Shown in pieces: positions 32,627 to 41,675 of a DNA stretch of 64,000 nt (the first letter of the stretch is position 1; each line of letters begins with the position of its first letter). Position numbers and translations under genes: made by a program. This DNA is from Vulcanimicrobiota bacterium (GTDB taxonomy: Bacteria > Vulcanimicrobiota > Vulcanimicrobiia > Vulcanimicrobiales > Vulcanimicrobiaceae): the NCBI GenBank assembly GCA_963820825.1, contig CAWGBN010000005.1, forward strand, positions 128,001 to 192,000, written 5' to 3'. Below the pieces are notes generated by a model. The model saw only the letters and a program-made list of their open reading frames with translations, was not told where the DNA came from and did not search any database.

Positions 32627-34701
32627 CTAGGAACTCAGCAGCAGCGCGCGCGTGCGACGGCTGCCGCTCGAGCAGCGCGCGCAGTCCCGCGTGCTCGGCT
32701 GCCGCCAGCTGCGGATCGCCCGCGACGATCTCTTCGGCGGCAGCCTTGGCGGCACGATAGACGTCGAAGTCGCGCACCAGATCGGCCAGCCGCGAGCTCG
32801 GCCGCGCCGGATTGCAGCGGTGCCGGCGAACTCGCCCGGCCCGCGCAGGCGCAGATCTTCTTCGGCAATCTCGAAGCCGTCGGTCGAATCGCGTCAGGAT
32901 CTCCAGGCGCTCGCGTTCGGCCGGCCTCGTCGGGATAGACGAGGATGCAGTACGACTTCGCGGCTCCGCGACCGACGCGCCCGCGCAACTGGTGCAGCTG
33001 CGCGAGACCGTATCGCTGTGCGTCGAGCACGACCATCGACGCTCGCGTTGGCAACGTCGACGCCGACTTCGACGACCGTCGTCGCCACCAGCACGTCGAG
33101 CTCGCCGCGCACGAACCGCTGCATCATCTCGTCCTTCTCGCGCGTGACGAGTCGTCCGTGAAGCAGGCCGAGCCGCAGGTCCCGAAAGACTTCGGCTTTC
33201 AGCCGTTCGACTTCCGCCACCGCGCTCGTCAGCTCGAGTTCGCCCTCCTCGATGACCGGGGCGACGATGTAGGCTTGATGCCCGCGCGCGACGTTCGCGC
33301 GAACGAACTCGTAGACGCGCTCCAAGCGGCTCGTTGCGCACCGCGAAGGTTTCGATCGGCGTGCGTCCCGGCGGAAGCTCGTCGATGATCGAGAGGTCGA
33401 GATCGGCGTAGATCGATTGCGCGAGCGTGCGCGGAATCGGCGTCGCCGTCATGTGCAGCGTATGCGGCGACGATGCCCTTGGCGCGCAGCCGGGCGCGCT
33501 GCTCGACGCCGAAACGATGCTGTTCGTCGATGATCGACCAGTCCGAGCCGATCGAAGTCGACGCCTTCGGTCAGCAGCGCGTGCGTGCCGACCGCGAGCG
33601 CGGCTTCGCCGCCGGCCAAGCGGGCGACGCGCGGCGTTGCGCGCGCGCTGGCCTTGACTGCCGAAGACCGCCTCGACGCGCAACGCCGCAGCGGCAAGCA
33701 GCAACGGGGCGAGTTTAGCGGCGTGCTGCGACGCGAGAATCTCGGTCGGGGCCATCAGCGCGGATTGCACGCCGTTGCGCGACGCCAGCACGATCGCCGC
33801 CGCCGCGACGAGCGTCTTTCCGCTCCCGACGTCGCCCTGCAGCAGCCGGTTCATCGGGACGTCGCGCGTCATGTCGTCCCAGATCTCGGCGATCGACACG
33901 TCGCTGTGCGCCGGTGAGCGCGAAGGGCAGTGCGGCGCAAAACTCTTCGAGCAAACCGGGTGGCACGCGCAGCGCGCGCGCGTCGCGGTCGCGCTCGCGC
34001 TGCGCGCGCCGCAGCTGCGCCGCCGTCGCCAGCGCCAGAAACTCGCCGAAGATGAAGCGTTCGCGCGCGCGCTCGGCTTCTTCCGGGCGTCGCCGGCGCG
34101 TGGGCCGCGCGATACGCTTCGCGCAACGGCAAGGTAGCCGCGCGACTCGCGCAATCGCCGCGCGGCACGCTGTCGGCCGGAGCGAGCGCGAGGAGCTCGG
34201 CGAAGTTCTTCTTGACGACCGCACGCGATCTTCCGCGTCGCCAAGTCCTTGCTCGCGCGATAGACCGGCACCATTTCGCCGCGATACGCTTCGTCCTTCG
34301 CCGAGCACCGCATAGTGACCGACGTTGACGACCGCGCCCGCGAAGCGTGCGCTCCACGCGCCCGCGCACGAAGAGTCGGATTCCCTCGCGAAAACGTCCG
34401 TAGACGAAGCGCCGCTGACCGATCCATTTGGCGATGAACGGATCGCCCCGATCGTCGCGCAGTCGACAGCCTCGACGATCTCCAGGTCGCGCACGCGCCG
34501 TTCTTTCAGCCCGACCACGACGCCGACGGCGTTCTCTTCGCCGCGCGCGTTGCCGAGACGAGCGGCGGGCGTCGGAAAGCGCAAATCTTCGTATCGAAAC
34601 GGAAGGTATTCGAGCAGCGCGTCCGGCGTGTCGATGCCGAGCTCGCGAAAGAGCGCGGCCGTTTTCGGGCCGACTCCCGCCAGGGCGGCGATGTCATCCA
34701 T
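32627..34701 (-). CDS. recG: ATP-dependent DNA helicase RecG (indels)
   Basis: LAGVGPK, LLQGDVGSGKT, MTATPIPRTL, ATTVVEVGVDV, LHQLRGRVGRG. Confidence 0.93.
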
Positions 34702-34715
34702 CGCGCGAAAAGCGC

Positions 34716-35661
34716 TCACGGCCGCCTGCCGCAGGGCCGCGTAGCTTTCGCGCACGTGCGGCACCGGTACGCCATAACGATCCGCCAGTTCGACGACGGC
34801 ACCGAGGATCGGGTCGAGTTCCAAGTCGCGGCCGCGTTCGAGATCTTGGAGCATCGACGTCTTTACGTCGGCCAAGCGCGCGGCGTACTCGATGCGCGCA
34901 TCGACGTCGACGTCGGCAACCACGCCCATGGCCTGGCCGACGCGCAGCGCCTCGATCATCAGCGCGCGGACTTCGGCGCGGGCGACCGGGTCGGCCAGCA
35001 TCGGCCGAATCGTCATGTCCCGCAGCGCGCTCACCGAGTTGAGCCCGACGTTGTTGACCAGCTTCAGCCACACGGTCGCGCGAACGTTCCGGATCGGCTT
35101 CGGCGGCCAAGCCCGCAGCGCGCATCGTGTTCGACCAGCGCCGCGACGCGCGCGTTCGGCCGTCCGCGCGGATCGCCGAGCACGTATCGCAACCCGCCGC
35201 TCTGCACGATCGTTCCGGGCGCGACGACCGTTCCCGACACGTGGACGACGCCGCCGACAACGCGTTCGTCGGAGAAGAGCCGGCCGATGCGTGCCACTCG
35301 GGTCGACGCTGCGCAAGCGGCGGCTCGCGCACGTACCAAAACGGAACGCCGTTTTGCAACGTCACGATCGTCGTGCCGCGTTCCGGCGAACGGCTGCGAG
35401 TTGCGGCAGCAGCGGCGCCCACTGATGGGCTTTGAACGTCAAGATGAGCACGTCGAACGTCGCCCAGTTCGGCGCAGATCGTCGCCGGCTTCGACGCGCG
35501 ACCGTGAAACGCGCCGAGGTCGCTCTCGATACGCAGTCCGCCGCGGCGGATCGCCGCGAGATGCTCGCCGCGTGCGACGACCGCCACCGGCACGCCGGCT
35601 CGGCGAGCGCGGCGGCGAGGAATCCGCCGATTGCGCCCGCGCCGACGACGGCTATGCGCAT
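34716..35661 (-). CDS. panE: 2-dehydropantoate 2-reductase (indels; 3' end approximate)
   Basis: MRIAVVGAGAIGG, LQNG, WLKL..N, KTSMLQDLERGRDLELD. Confidence 0.85.
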
Positions 35662-35683
35662 CGACGAATCTGAGAAACTCTTG

Positions 35684-35755
35684 AGGCGACGGGCAGATTT
35701 GAACTGCCGAATGGGGCTTTTGCAGAGCCCTGCCTTACCACTTGGCTACGTCGCC
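35684..35755 (-). tRNA. tRNA-Cys(GCA)
   Basis: GGCGACGTAGCCAAGTGGTAAGGCAGGGCTCTGCAAAAGCCC...GTTCAAATC...GTCGCCT; no encoded CCA. Confidence 0.93.
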
Positions 35756-35764
35756 GGATCGGAT

Positions 35765-35838
35765 TGGAGCGGGTAGTGGGAATCGAACCCACGCATCAAC
35801 CTTGGGAAGGTCGCAGGCTACCATTACATCATACCCGC
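35765..35838 (-). tRNA. tRNA-Gly(CCC)
   Basis: GCGGGTATGATGTAATGG...CCTTCCCAAGG...GTTCGATTCC...CCCGCTCCA. Confidence 0.94.
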
Positions 35839-35926
35839 GCATCACGGCGCGCCTCCGGTTCGAGCCGGTCCATACCGCCCCCTACAACACCGCAAGCGCA
35901 CGACCGGTTCTCTCCAGAATATCCGC

Positions 35927-36619
35927 CTAGCCGATTAAACTGATCGCCCGCGCGAGCACGATCGCGACGGTAATGAGCGAGACGAGCGCCTCGGCCATCA
36001 TCAGCGCCTTGGCCTGACGGCTGAGCGGCATCACGTCGGCCGGGCTGAACGCGGTCGCGTTGGTGAACGCCAGATAGAGATAGTCGAAGAACTGCGGCTT
36101 CCAAAACGGGTCGACACAGGCCTGATTTCCGGTTGCGCTGATCGCCGTCTCGATCTGCGGAAAGAGAAAGTCGGCATTCTTGAATTCCGTCGCGGCGCTT
36201 GCATGAGCGCGCGCCTCGGGACCGTCACCGTCAATCTCCCAGAACCAGAGCGCGTAGACGAGTATGTTCGTAAACCAAATTTGGGCGCCGGTGCGCAGCA
36301 CGTAACCCGGCCGGTGCAACACGGCTTTCTCGGGGTGAAAGAAGGCCGCGACGAGCAGCAGCACCGAGACGAGGTTGAAGAACGTGACGATGGCGATGAG
36401 GATGATGCTCCACAGCCGCGTGCGCCGCGTCTCCCGGTGGCGTCGCGGAGAGAGGATCGATAACGGTACGAGCAAGACCAACACCAAGGCCGGTGCCGCC
36501 CAGACGGGGCCGATGGTTAAACGCGGGGGAAGCGTGACGTAAAGCAGCACCGCCGCCAAAACCGCCAGCGACGCGTGCCATCGGGGTTCGTGTCGCGTAA
36601 TCGCCGCGGGCTGCTGCAT
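35927..36619 (-). CDS. DUF1345-like membrane protein
   Basis: DFLFPQ, WKPQFFDYLYLAFTNATAFSPADVMPL. Confidence 0.75.
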   Translation of the reverse strand: MQQPAAITRHEPRWHASLAVLAAVLLYVTLPPRLTIGPVWAAPALVLVLLVPLSILSPRRHRETRRTRLWSIILIAIVTFFNLVSVLLLVAAFFHPEKAVLHRPGYVLRTGAQIWFTNILVYALWFWEIDGDGPEARAHASAATEFKNADFLFPQIETAISATGNQACVDPFWKPQFFDYLYLAFTNATAFSPADVMPLSRQAKALMMAEALVSLITVAIVLARAISLIG

Positions 36620-36674
36620 CACCTCGGACCGTTCGCTGGCTTGGCAGCGCAACCCGCTGCCTTCATCGCGTATT

Positions 36675-37043
36675 ATGAGCCATATGCCTACTGATTTTCG
36701 TGATGGAAAAACCTTTCCGCGACGCGGTCGCGAGGCGATCGGCGACGCGCTTTGGCTGCTTCGCGCATCGGATAAAGGCCGCGCAGCCGCTGCCGGAACG
36801 ATCTTTGACTACATCTATCCATGCCCGATGGATCAAGGAGTGATGGAGCGCTGGCGGGTTACGCCCGCAGAGTTCAACGAAGCGCTCCGGGAGAACGAAA
36901 CCGACGAACAGCTCTTCGCGTGGTTCGCGCAGCGCGTACGTCCCGAAGACGTGCGAAGCGCAAACGAGTGGCTCGTGACCGAGCGAATAGAGAATCTCGA
37001 TCGCCAAGATGCCGAAGAGGTGGTTCCCGCGGAGCACCGTTGA
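36675..37043 (+). CDS. DUF5069-like protein
   Basis: PRRGRE...WLLRASDKGRA...DYIYPCPMD. Confidence 0.65.
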   Translation: MSHMPTDFRDGKTFPRRGREAIGDALWLLRASDKGRAAAAGTIFDYIYPCPMDQGVMERWRVTPAEFNEALRENETDEQLFAWFAQRVRPEDVRSANEWLVTERIENLDRQDAEEVVPAEHR

Positions 37044-37729
37044 TGGGATCGGCGATCGAGTTCACCCGGCCCGATGGCGAGACCGCCCCGGGTTATTTCG
37101 CGGGAGCATCGCAAGCGGATGCACCCGGCGTCGTTCTTTTCGCGGAATGGTGGGGACTCGACGAGCGGATCAAAGAGACCGCCGATCGCCTTGCCGGTGA
37201 CGGCTTTAACGTGCTCGTTCCCGATCTCTACCGCGGCCGTAGTGCGGCGACCGGCGATGAGGCCAACCATCTCATGCAAGGGCTCGACTTTGCCGACGCC
37301 GCGACGCAAGACGGCGCTGGAGCCGCACGCTATCTACGCGATCGCGGCGCCAAGCGCGTCGGCGTGATGGGATTCTGCATGGGCGGCGCGCTGGCAATGA
37401 TCGGCGTCATGCACGGCAACGAGTTCGATGCGGCGAGCATTTGGTACGGTTACCCGCCGGGCGAGGCGGGCGACCCGGGCACGATCTCGGTGCCGATTCA
37501 GGGCCATTGGGCGTTGCGCGACGGCTTCTTCACCATCGACGGCGTTGACGCGATCGAGCGCAAGCTCGCGGCCGCCGGCCGCAGTCCCGAGTTCCACCGC
37601 TACGAGGCCGAGCACGGATTCTACAATACCGGTGAGGCCGGGCAAGGCGGCCTCGGCCACTACCATCGCGAGCATGCCGAAACGGCCTGGCATCGCACGG
37701 TCGACTTCTTCAACCGAACGCTGCGCTAG
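37043..37729 (+). CDS. dienelactone hydrolase family
   Basis: EWWGL, PDLYRG, GFCMGG, YEAEHGF. Confidence 0.92.
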   Translation: MGSAIEFTRPDGETAPGYFAGASQADAPGVVLFAEWWGLDERIKETADRLAGDGFNVLVPDLYRGRSAATGDEANHLMQGLDFADAATQDGAGAARYLRDRGAKRVGVMGFCMGGALAMIGVMHGNEFDAASIWYGYPPGEAGDPGTISVPIQGHWALRDGFFTIDGVDAIERKLAAAGRSPEFHRYEAEHGFYNTGEAGQGGLGHYHREHAETAWHRTVDFFNRTLR

Positions 37730-37751
37730 CCGGCGTTTTTATTCGCAAATG

Positions 37752-37784
37752 AACGAGGCCTCGCCGATTGCGCGAGACCTCGTT
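37752..37784. terminator. hairpin between the convergent hydrolase gene and tRNA operon
   Basis: aacgaggcctcgc...gcgagacctcgtt inverted repeat. Confidence 0.55.
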
Positions 37785-37792
37785 TACGAATT

Positions 37793-37865
37793 TGCCAAGG
37801 GCCCGGATCGAACGGGCGACACCGCACTTTTCAGGCGCGTGCTCTACCAACTGAGCTACCTTGGC
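37793..37865 (-). tRNA. tRNA-Phe(GAA)
   Basis: GCCAAGGTAGCTCAGTTGGTAGAGCA...CTGAAAA...GTTCGATCC...CCTTGGCA; no encoded CCA. Confidence 0.93.
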
Positions 37866-37913
37866 TCGGTTATCGTCGAGCGCACCGCACGCTGCGATGC
37901 GCTCGACGTAAGA

Positions 37914-37990
37914 TGGCGACGCTGATGGGGCTCGAACCCACGACCTTCGCCGTGACAGGGCGACGCTCTAACCAACTGAGCTACAGCGCC
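37914..37990 (-). tRNA. tRNA-Asp(GTC)
   Basis: GGCGCTGTAGCTCAGTTGGTTAGAGCG...CTGTCAC...GTTCGAGCC...CGTCGCCA. Confidence 0.94.
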
Positions 37991-38012
37991 AAGGGGCGGC
38001 ACCGCCGACCGA

Positions 38013-38087
38013 TGGTGGGCACGGCTGGGCTCGAACCAGCGACCCCCCGCGTGTGAAGCGGATGCTCTCCCGCTGAGCTACGCGCCC
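38013..38087 (-). tRNA. tRNA-Val(CAC)
   Basis: GGGCGCGTAGCTCAGCGGGAGAGCA...TTCACAC...GTTCGAGCC...GCCCACCA. Confidence 0.94.
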
Positions 38088-38118
38088 GTGCCGGTAGCGG
38101 CTCCTTGGACAAAACAGC

Positions 38119-38147
38119 ATCGTACCCTACCGTGCGCGGGCTGTCCA
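38119..38147 (-). promoter_or_regulatory. sigma-70 promoter of the Val-Asp-Phe tRNA operon
   Basis: TGGACA-17 nt-TACGAT, ~30 nt upstream of tRNA-Val. Confidence 0.6.
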
Positions 38148-38184
38148 GCACGGATAGCGGGATGCGCCGGTTGAAAATTGTCGT

Positions 38185-39639
38185 GTGAATCTGCTTGCAG
38201 TCGTCCTCGCGGCAGCCTCTGCCGTCGCGCCGGTGCACCTTGCGGCTTCTACGACGAATCCGCAAGCGCAAGCTGCGATCGATCGCGGCCTCTTCCTTTA
38301 TTACGCATACGACGCAACCGATGCGACGCGAGCCTTCGCGCAGGCTGCGGCGCTCGACTCCCACCTCGCGCTTGCATATTGGGGCACTGCGCTCGCCGAA
38401 GGACCCGATCTGAACACGCCGGTCACCGACGAGCGATTCAAGCGGGCGGCCGAAGCGATTCGCAAGAGCGTCGCCCTCGACGCGAACGCGACGCCGCTCG
38501 AGCGCCGCTTGGCCGAGATCATGGCGAAACGCTACGCGGGAACCTTTGCAGAGTGGCCTGCCGACGATGCGGCGTATAGGCGCGCGATGCTCGACCTGGC
38601 GCAAACGACCAACGACGAAAATGCGGAGCTGCTTGCCGCTGAAGCGCTGCTCGAACACGGGGGCCTGACGTGGCATAACGGCCGGCTCGCGAGCGAAGAA
38701 TCGCGCGTGGCGCTTTCGCTCGTCTCTGTCGTTCTTCGCGACGATCCGGAGAGCGTGATGGCCAATCATCTCTGCATTCACCTCTACGACCTCGCTGCAG
38801 ATCGCACTCCGGCGCTCGCGTGCGCGACGCGGCTCGACGCCGACACTTTTCCGCCGCAAGGCGAACATCTCGCGCACATGCCGGCGCACTATTGGATCGA
38901 GACGGGGAACTACGCGGCGGCCGTTCGTTCGAGCGAGCGCGCGTATGCGCTCATGACGCAGCTCACGGCCGACGACGGCGCTTCAGAGCACGCCGAGCAG
39001 TATGCAAAGCATGACATTGCGGTCGGATACTCGGCGGCGATGATGCTAGGGAATTACGCGTCCGCTTTGCGCTGGAGCCAACGGATGGGCTCCGCCTTTG
39101 GAACCAGCTTCGGCGGGCTCACCGCACTGCGTTTCGGTCGGTACGAGACGGCCTACGCAACCGACGGCGCCTCGTTTGCCGATACGAGCGTGCGAGGAAT
39201 GGCCGCGGTGCGCCTAGCCCGTATCGCGGAGGCACACGCGCTCGTTGCGAAGATCCCGGCAGCGACGTTCGCGCAGGGCTACCTGCCGCAGCTCTTTATC
39301 GCCCGGCTCTCCGACGCGAGCGGCGACGTCGCTCAAGCGCAGCAATGGATCGACCGAAGCCTTGCGAACCAGCGCTCCGCCTTCAGGGGCGAGCTGATTC
39401 CGTTGATTCCAGCCGACGAAGAACTCGGCGCGATGCGCCTGGAACGCAACGACGCGCCCGGTGCGATCGCCGCGTTCGGTAGCGCCCTTGCCGCCTGTCC
39501 GAACGATCCGCGCGCACTTTTCGGCCTCGCCCAGGCGTACGCGGCGAATGGAGAGAGCGCCCGCGCGGCGACGACGCGCGCGCGTTTTGAAAAAGAATGG
39601 GAGGGCGCCGACACCAAGGTCGAGGACGCCCTCCCATAG
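38185..39639 (+). CDS. secreted TPR-repeat protein
   Basis: Signal peptide, helical repeats, ANHLCIH...HLAHMPAH, PNDPRALFGLA. Confidence 0.75.
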   Translation: MNLLAVVLAAASAVAPVHLAASTTNPQAQAAIDRGLFLYYAYDATDATRAFAQAAALDSHLALAYWGTALAEGPDLNTPVTDERFKRAAEAIRKSVALDANATPLERRLAEIMAKRYAGTFAEWPADDAAYRRAMLDLAQTTNDENAELLAAEALLEHGGLTWHNGRLASEESRVALSLVSVVLRDDPESVMANHLCIHLYDLAADRTPALACATRLDADTFPPQGEHLAHMPAHYWIETGNYAAAVRSSERAYALMTQLTADDGASEHAEQYAKHDIAVGYSAAMMLGNYASALRWSQRMGSAFGTSFGGLTALRFGRYETAYATDGASFADTSVRGMAAVRLARIAEAHALVAKIPAATFAQGYLPQLFIARLSDASGDVAQAQQWIDRSLANQRSAFRGELIPLIPADEELGAMRLERNDAPGAIAAFGSALAACPNDPRALFGLAQAYAANGESARAATTRARFEKEWEGADTKVEDALP

Positions 39640-39642
39640 CCG

Positions 39643-39840
39643 TTACGCGGCTTCACCGTTCCGTAAGCTTCGCGCCAACACCGCCAGCGCATCACTCATT
39701 GCCTGCGCACCGTCCGCCAGACGTCCGCGAGGCGTAGCACTTCGTCTGCTCCGTGGGTGGCGCGCCGACCGCCTCCAACGGGCATGTTCCAAGGCATCGT
39801 CACGGCGAATCCGGATTTCGGCTTCGAGCCAAAGTTCCAT
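39643..39840 (-). CDS. 65-aa Arg/Ala-rich small protein of unknown function
   Basis: GAGGTG Shine-Dalgarno 4 nt before ATG; lies directly after a terminator/attenuator. Confidence 0.65.
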   Translation of the reverse strand: MELWLEAEIRIRRDDALEHARWRRSARHPRSRRSATPRGRLADGAQAMSDALAVLARSLRNGEAA

Positions 39841-39879
39841 GATTCACCTCGTTGATACTGAGTGCAGAAAACTGGAAAC

Positions 39880-39913
39880 AAAAAAGGCCTCCGGTCGATC
39901 CGCGGAGGCCTTC
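39880..39913 (-). terminator. intrinsic terminator (attenuator) upstream of the small ORF
   Basis: Minus strand GAAGGCCTCCG-CGGATCGAC-CGGAGGCCTTTTTTT. Confidence 0.8.
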
Positions 39914-39946
39914 GTCCCTTCGAGCAGCTCGCTACGCGAGCGCGAC

Positions 39947-40033
39947 TCAGGTTTTCAAGGACGAAGGTCCAACGCACGTCGACCCAACGCCGGCAAGCGG
40001 CGCGGTGGAGGTGAACTGACGCATACTGTTCAT
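39947..40033 (-). CDS. 28-aa leader peptide MNSMRQFTSTAPLAGVGSTCVGPSSLKT
   Basis: AAAGGAGG SD just before ATG; TGA at 39947-39949; below the ORF track length cutoff. Confidence 0.65.
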   Translation of the reverse strand: MNSMRQFTSTAPLAGVGSTCVGPSSLKT

Positions 40034-40067
40034 CGAGCCTCCTTTAGACGAGCGAGTAATACGCGCC

Positions 40068-40097
40068 ACTCTATCACGCGGACGATTGCCTTGTCAA
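40068..40097 (-). promoter_or_regulatory. sigma-70 promoter of the leader transcript
   Basis: TTGACA-18 nt-TAGAGT with extended -10 TG. Confidence 0.7.
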
Positions 40098-40152
40098 ACC
40101 GCCGCGATGGAGGGTCGGCGCCTCATCCTGCGAATGAGGATGGGCGTTTTCC

Positions 40153-40227
40153 GGGCGGTTAGCTCAGTGGGAGAGCGCTTCCTTGACACGGAAGAGGTCA
40201 CATGTTCAATCCATGTACCGCCCACCA
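40153..40227 (+). tRNA. tRNA-Val(GAC)
   Basis: GGGCGGTTAGCTCAGTGGGAGAGCGCTTCCTTGACACGGAAG...GTTCAATCC...CCGCCCACCA. Confidence 0.95.
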
Positions 40228-41281
40228 TTGGAAAAGCGGCTTTTTCTGACGCAGCCGGTTTTCGTGGAGCAACGGGAGACGAGCGCGCTCGCAACACGGT
40301 TCACGGCGCGACACCGGAACTGTCGGAAATCGCGCCGCTACTCGGAGCACACCATAGCGCGCGGAGTGAGCAACTCCGCTTCTCACCGGACGCTATAAGC
40401 GGCAACACTTAAGGACAATACTTTTTCTTGCGTATAATCGTAATCCACGCAAATCCATTGTCATAGTCAGTGTCCCCCGCGAAAAAAGCGTACGACTTGC
40501 CACAATGGTTAGGTACGGGAGAAAAGGCGTAGAGTTGATTCGTGTACTCAGTGAAATTGCAGAAACCAGTCTCGTAGCAGCCTATACCGGTCTGAGCGTA
40601 ATTCGTTTGTTTGTCGAAGTAGCCGGAAAGCGTAACTTCGCTGTAAGTGCCGTTAGTCGTAAGATAGAGCGGACATGGCGAAACCGTGATACCAGAGCCG
40701 CCGCATTCCGGCAGAGTTACCTGATCGGTGATCCGATTGAGGGCGTGGGGTGAATTTCTCGCAAGGGAGGTCTGCGCGGGCGGCACAACGCCTGGTCGGG
40801 ACTGCACCTGTTGGCCTCCGCAGCCTGCAACCATGGTGCCCACCAGGCAACAAATCGCTATTAGCCGTGACGATTGAAACATATCAAAATCTCCCCGCAG
40901 GATGAAACGAGGTTGCCCGGGGCTTCGGCGAGCGGCACCCTAGACCCCGTTACAGCTGTGCCGTCATCGGTCAGTTGGCTGAGTTAAGGTTGAAACGCTC
41001 CCCGACTGCGATTTTCGGACCGCCCGCGACGAGGCTCTAGCCTCGGAGTTGGCAGCGTAAGCAGCGACTCGCTCTAGGCGGCTCCGAGCAGTACGGGTAC
41101 GGAACCTGGCCGCACCAAGTCGACGCCGATAGCGAATTGCGCTTGGCGGGTCGCAACCCGGTAGCAACCGCACCGCACACTATATGCAAAATGCACACTA
41201 TGCACACCCAATTTACGCAGCGCCGCACGAACGAGACTCCTTGACACGGAAGAGGTCACATGTTCAATCCATGTACCGCCC
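40180..41281. mobile_element. ~1.1 kb tRNA-Val-anchored islet bounded by 44-bp direct repeats (attL/attR-like), no integrase
   Basis: tccttgacacggaagaggtcacatgttcaatccatgtaccgccc at 40180-40223 and 41238-41281. Confidence 0.8.
40409..40882 (-). CDS. Cys-rich putative lipoprotein (islet cargo)
   Basis: VAGC lipobox; visibly more AT-rich than the flanks. Confidence 0.7.
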   Translation of the reverse strand: MFQSSRLIAICCLVGTMVAGCGGQQVQSRPGVVPPAQTSLARNSPHALNRITDQVTLPECGGSGITVSPCPLYLTTNGTYSEVTLSGYFDKQTNYAQTGIGCYETGFCNFTEYTNQLYAFSPVPNHCGKSYAFFAGDTDYDNGFAWITIIRKKKYCP

Positions 41282-41285
41282 GCCA
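41238..41285 (+). repeat. duplicated 3' half of tRNA-Val(GAC) (att site)
   Basis: Identical to the tRNA from anticodon stem to acceptor stem, then GCCA instead of ACCA. Confidence 0.9.
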
Positions 41286-41308
41286 CCGAAAACTTCGACA
41301 ACGTTTTT

Positions 41309-41337
41309 AGACCGCCGTTTTCGGCGGTCTTGTTTTT
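41309..41337 (+). terminator. intrinsic terminator after the att copy
   Basis: agaccgccg-tttt-cggcggtct-tgttttt. Confidence 0.75.
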
Positions 41338-41675
41338 GGTCATCCACTTGGTCATCCACTACACGGACCAGAGCGATACCTGGACCTACACGGGCAAAGT
41401 GCCGGGGACGTTCAACACTCCGCTCTTCTTGACCATCGACGGTCAATGCCTGGCCGTCCGCAGTTCGGGCGATACGCAGAAACCGCAAACCGGCTACGTG
41501 ACGGTGATCGATCTCAGCGGAACTACCTCGACGGTCACCATTACCGACCGTCTCCAACACCGGTCGGAGCGGCGGTTGCACCGAGTCGCAGCTGATGGCG
41601 AGTCGCATGCCGCTCCTTGATCTCCAAGGAGTTAGCGTTCGCGGCACTGCGCACCGTCAGGTGAGCCGGAGCGAA

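Noticed and set aside
33715..35316. Apparent panE-recG fusion ORF
   Set aside because: Lies in the indel-rich block; recG has its own ATG at 34701; likely a frameshift artefact.
25660..35660. Mass pseudogenisation or programmed frameshifting of coaD, rsmD, recG, the M16 peptidase and others
   Set aside because: Too many scattered indels in conserved genes with intact motifs and no consistent slippery sites; sequencing error is more parsimonious.
35681..37865. tRNA-Cys and tRNA-Phe lack an encoded CCA
   Set aside because: Common in bacteria that have a CCA-adding enzyme; not evidence of pseudogenes.
40280..40400. Possible integrase C-terminal remnant (ELSEIAPLLGAHH) inside the islet
   Set aside because: Resemblance to the LLGH motif is too weak; no HxxR or catalytic Tyr context.
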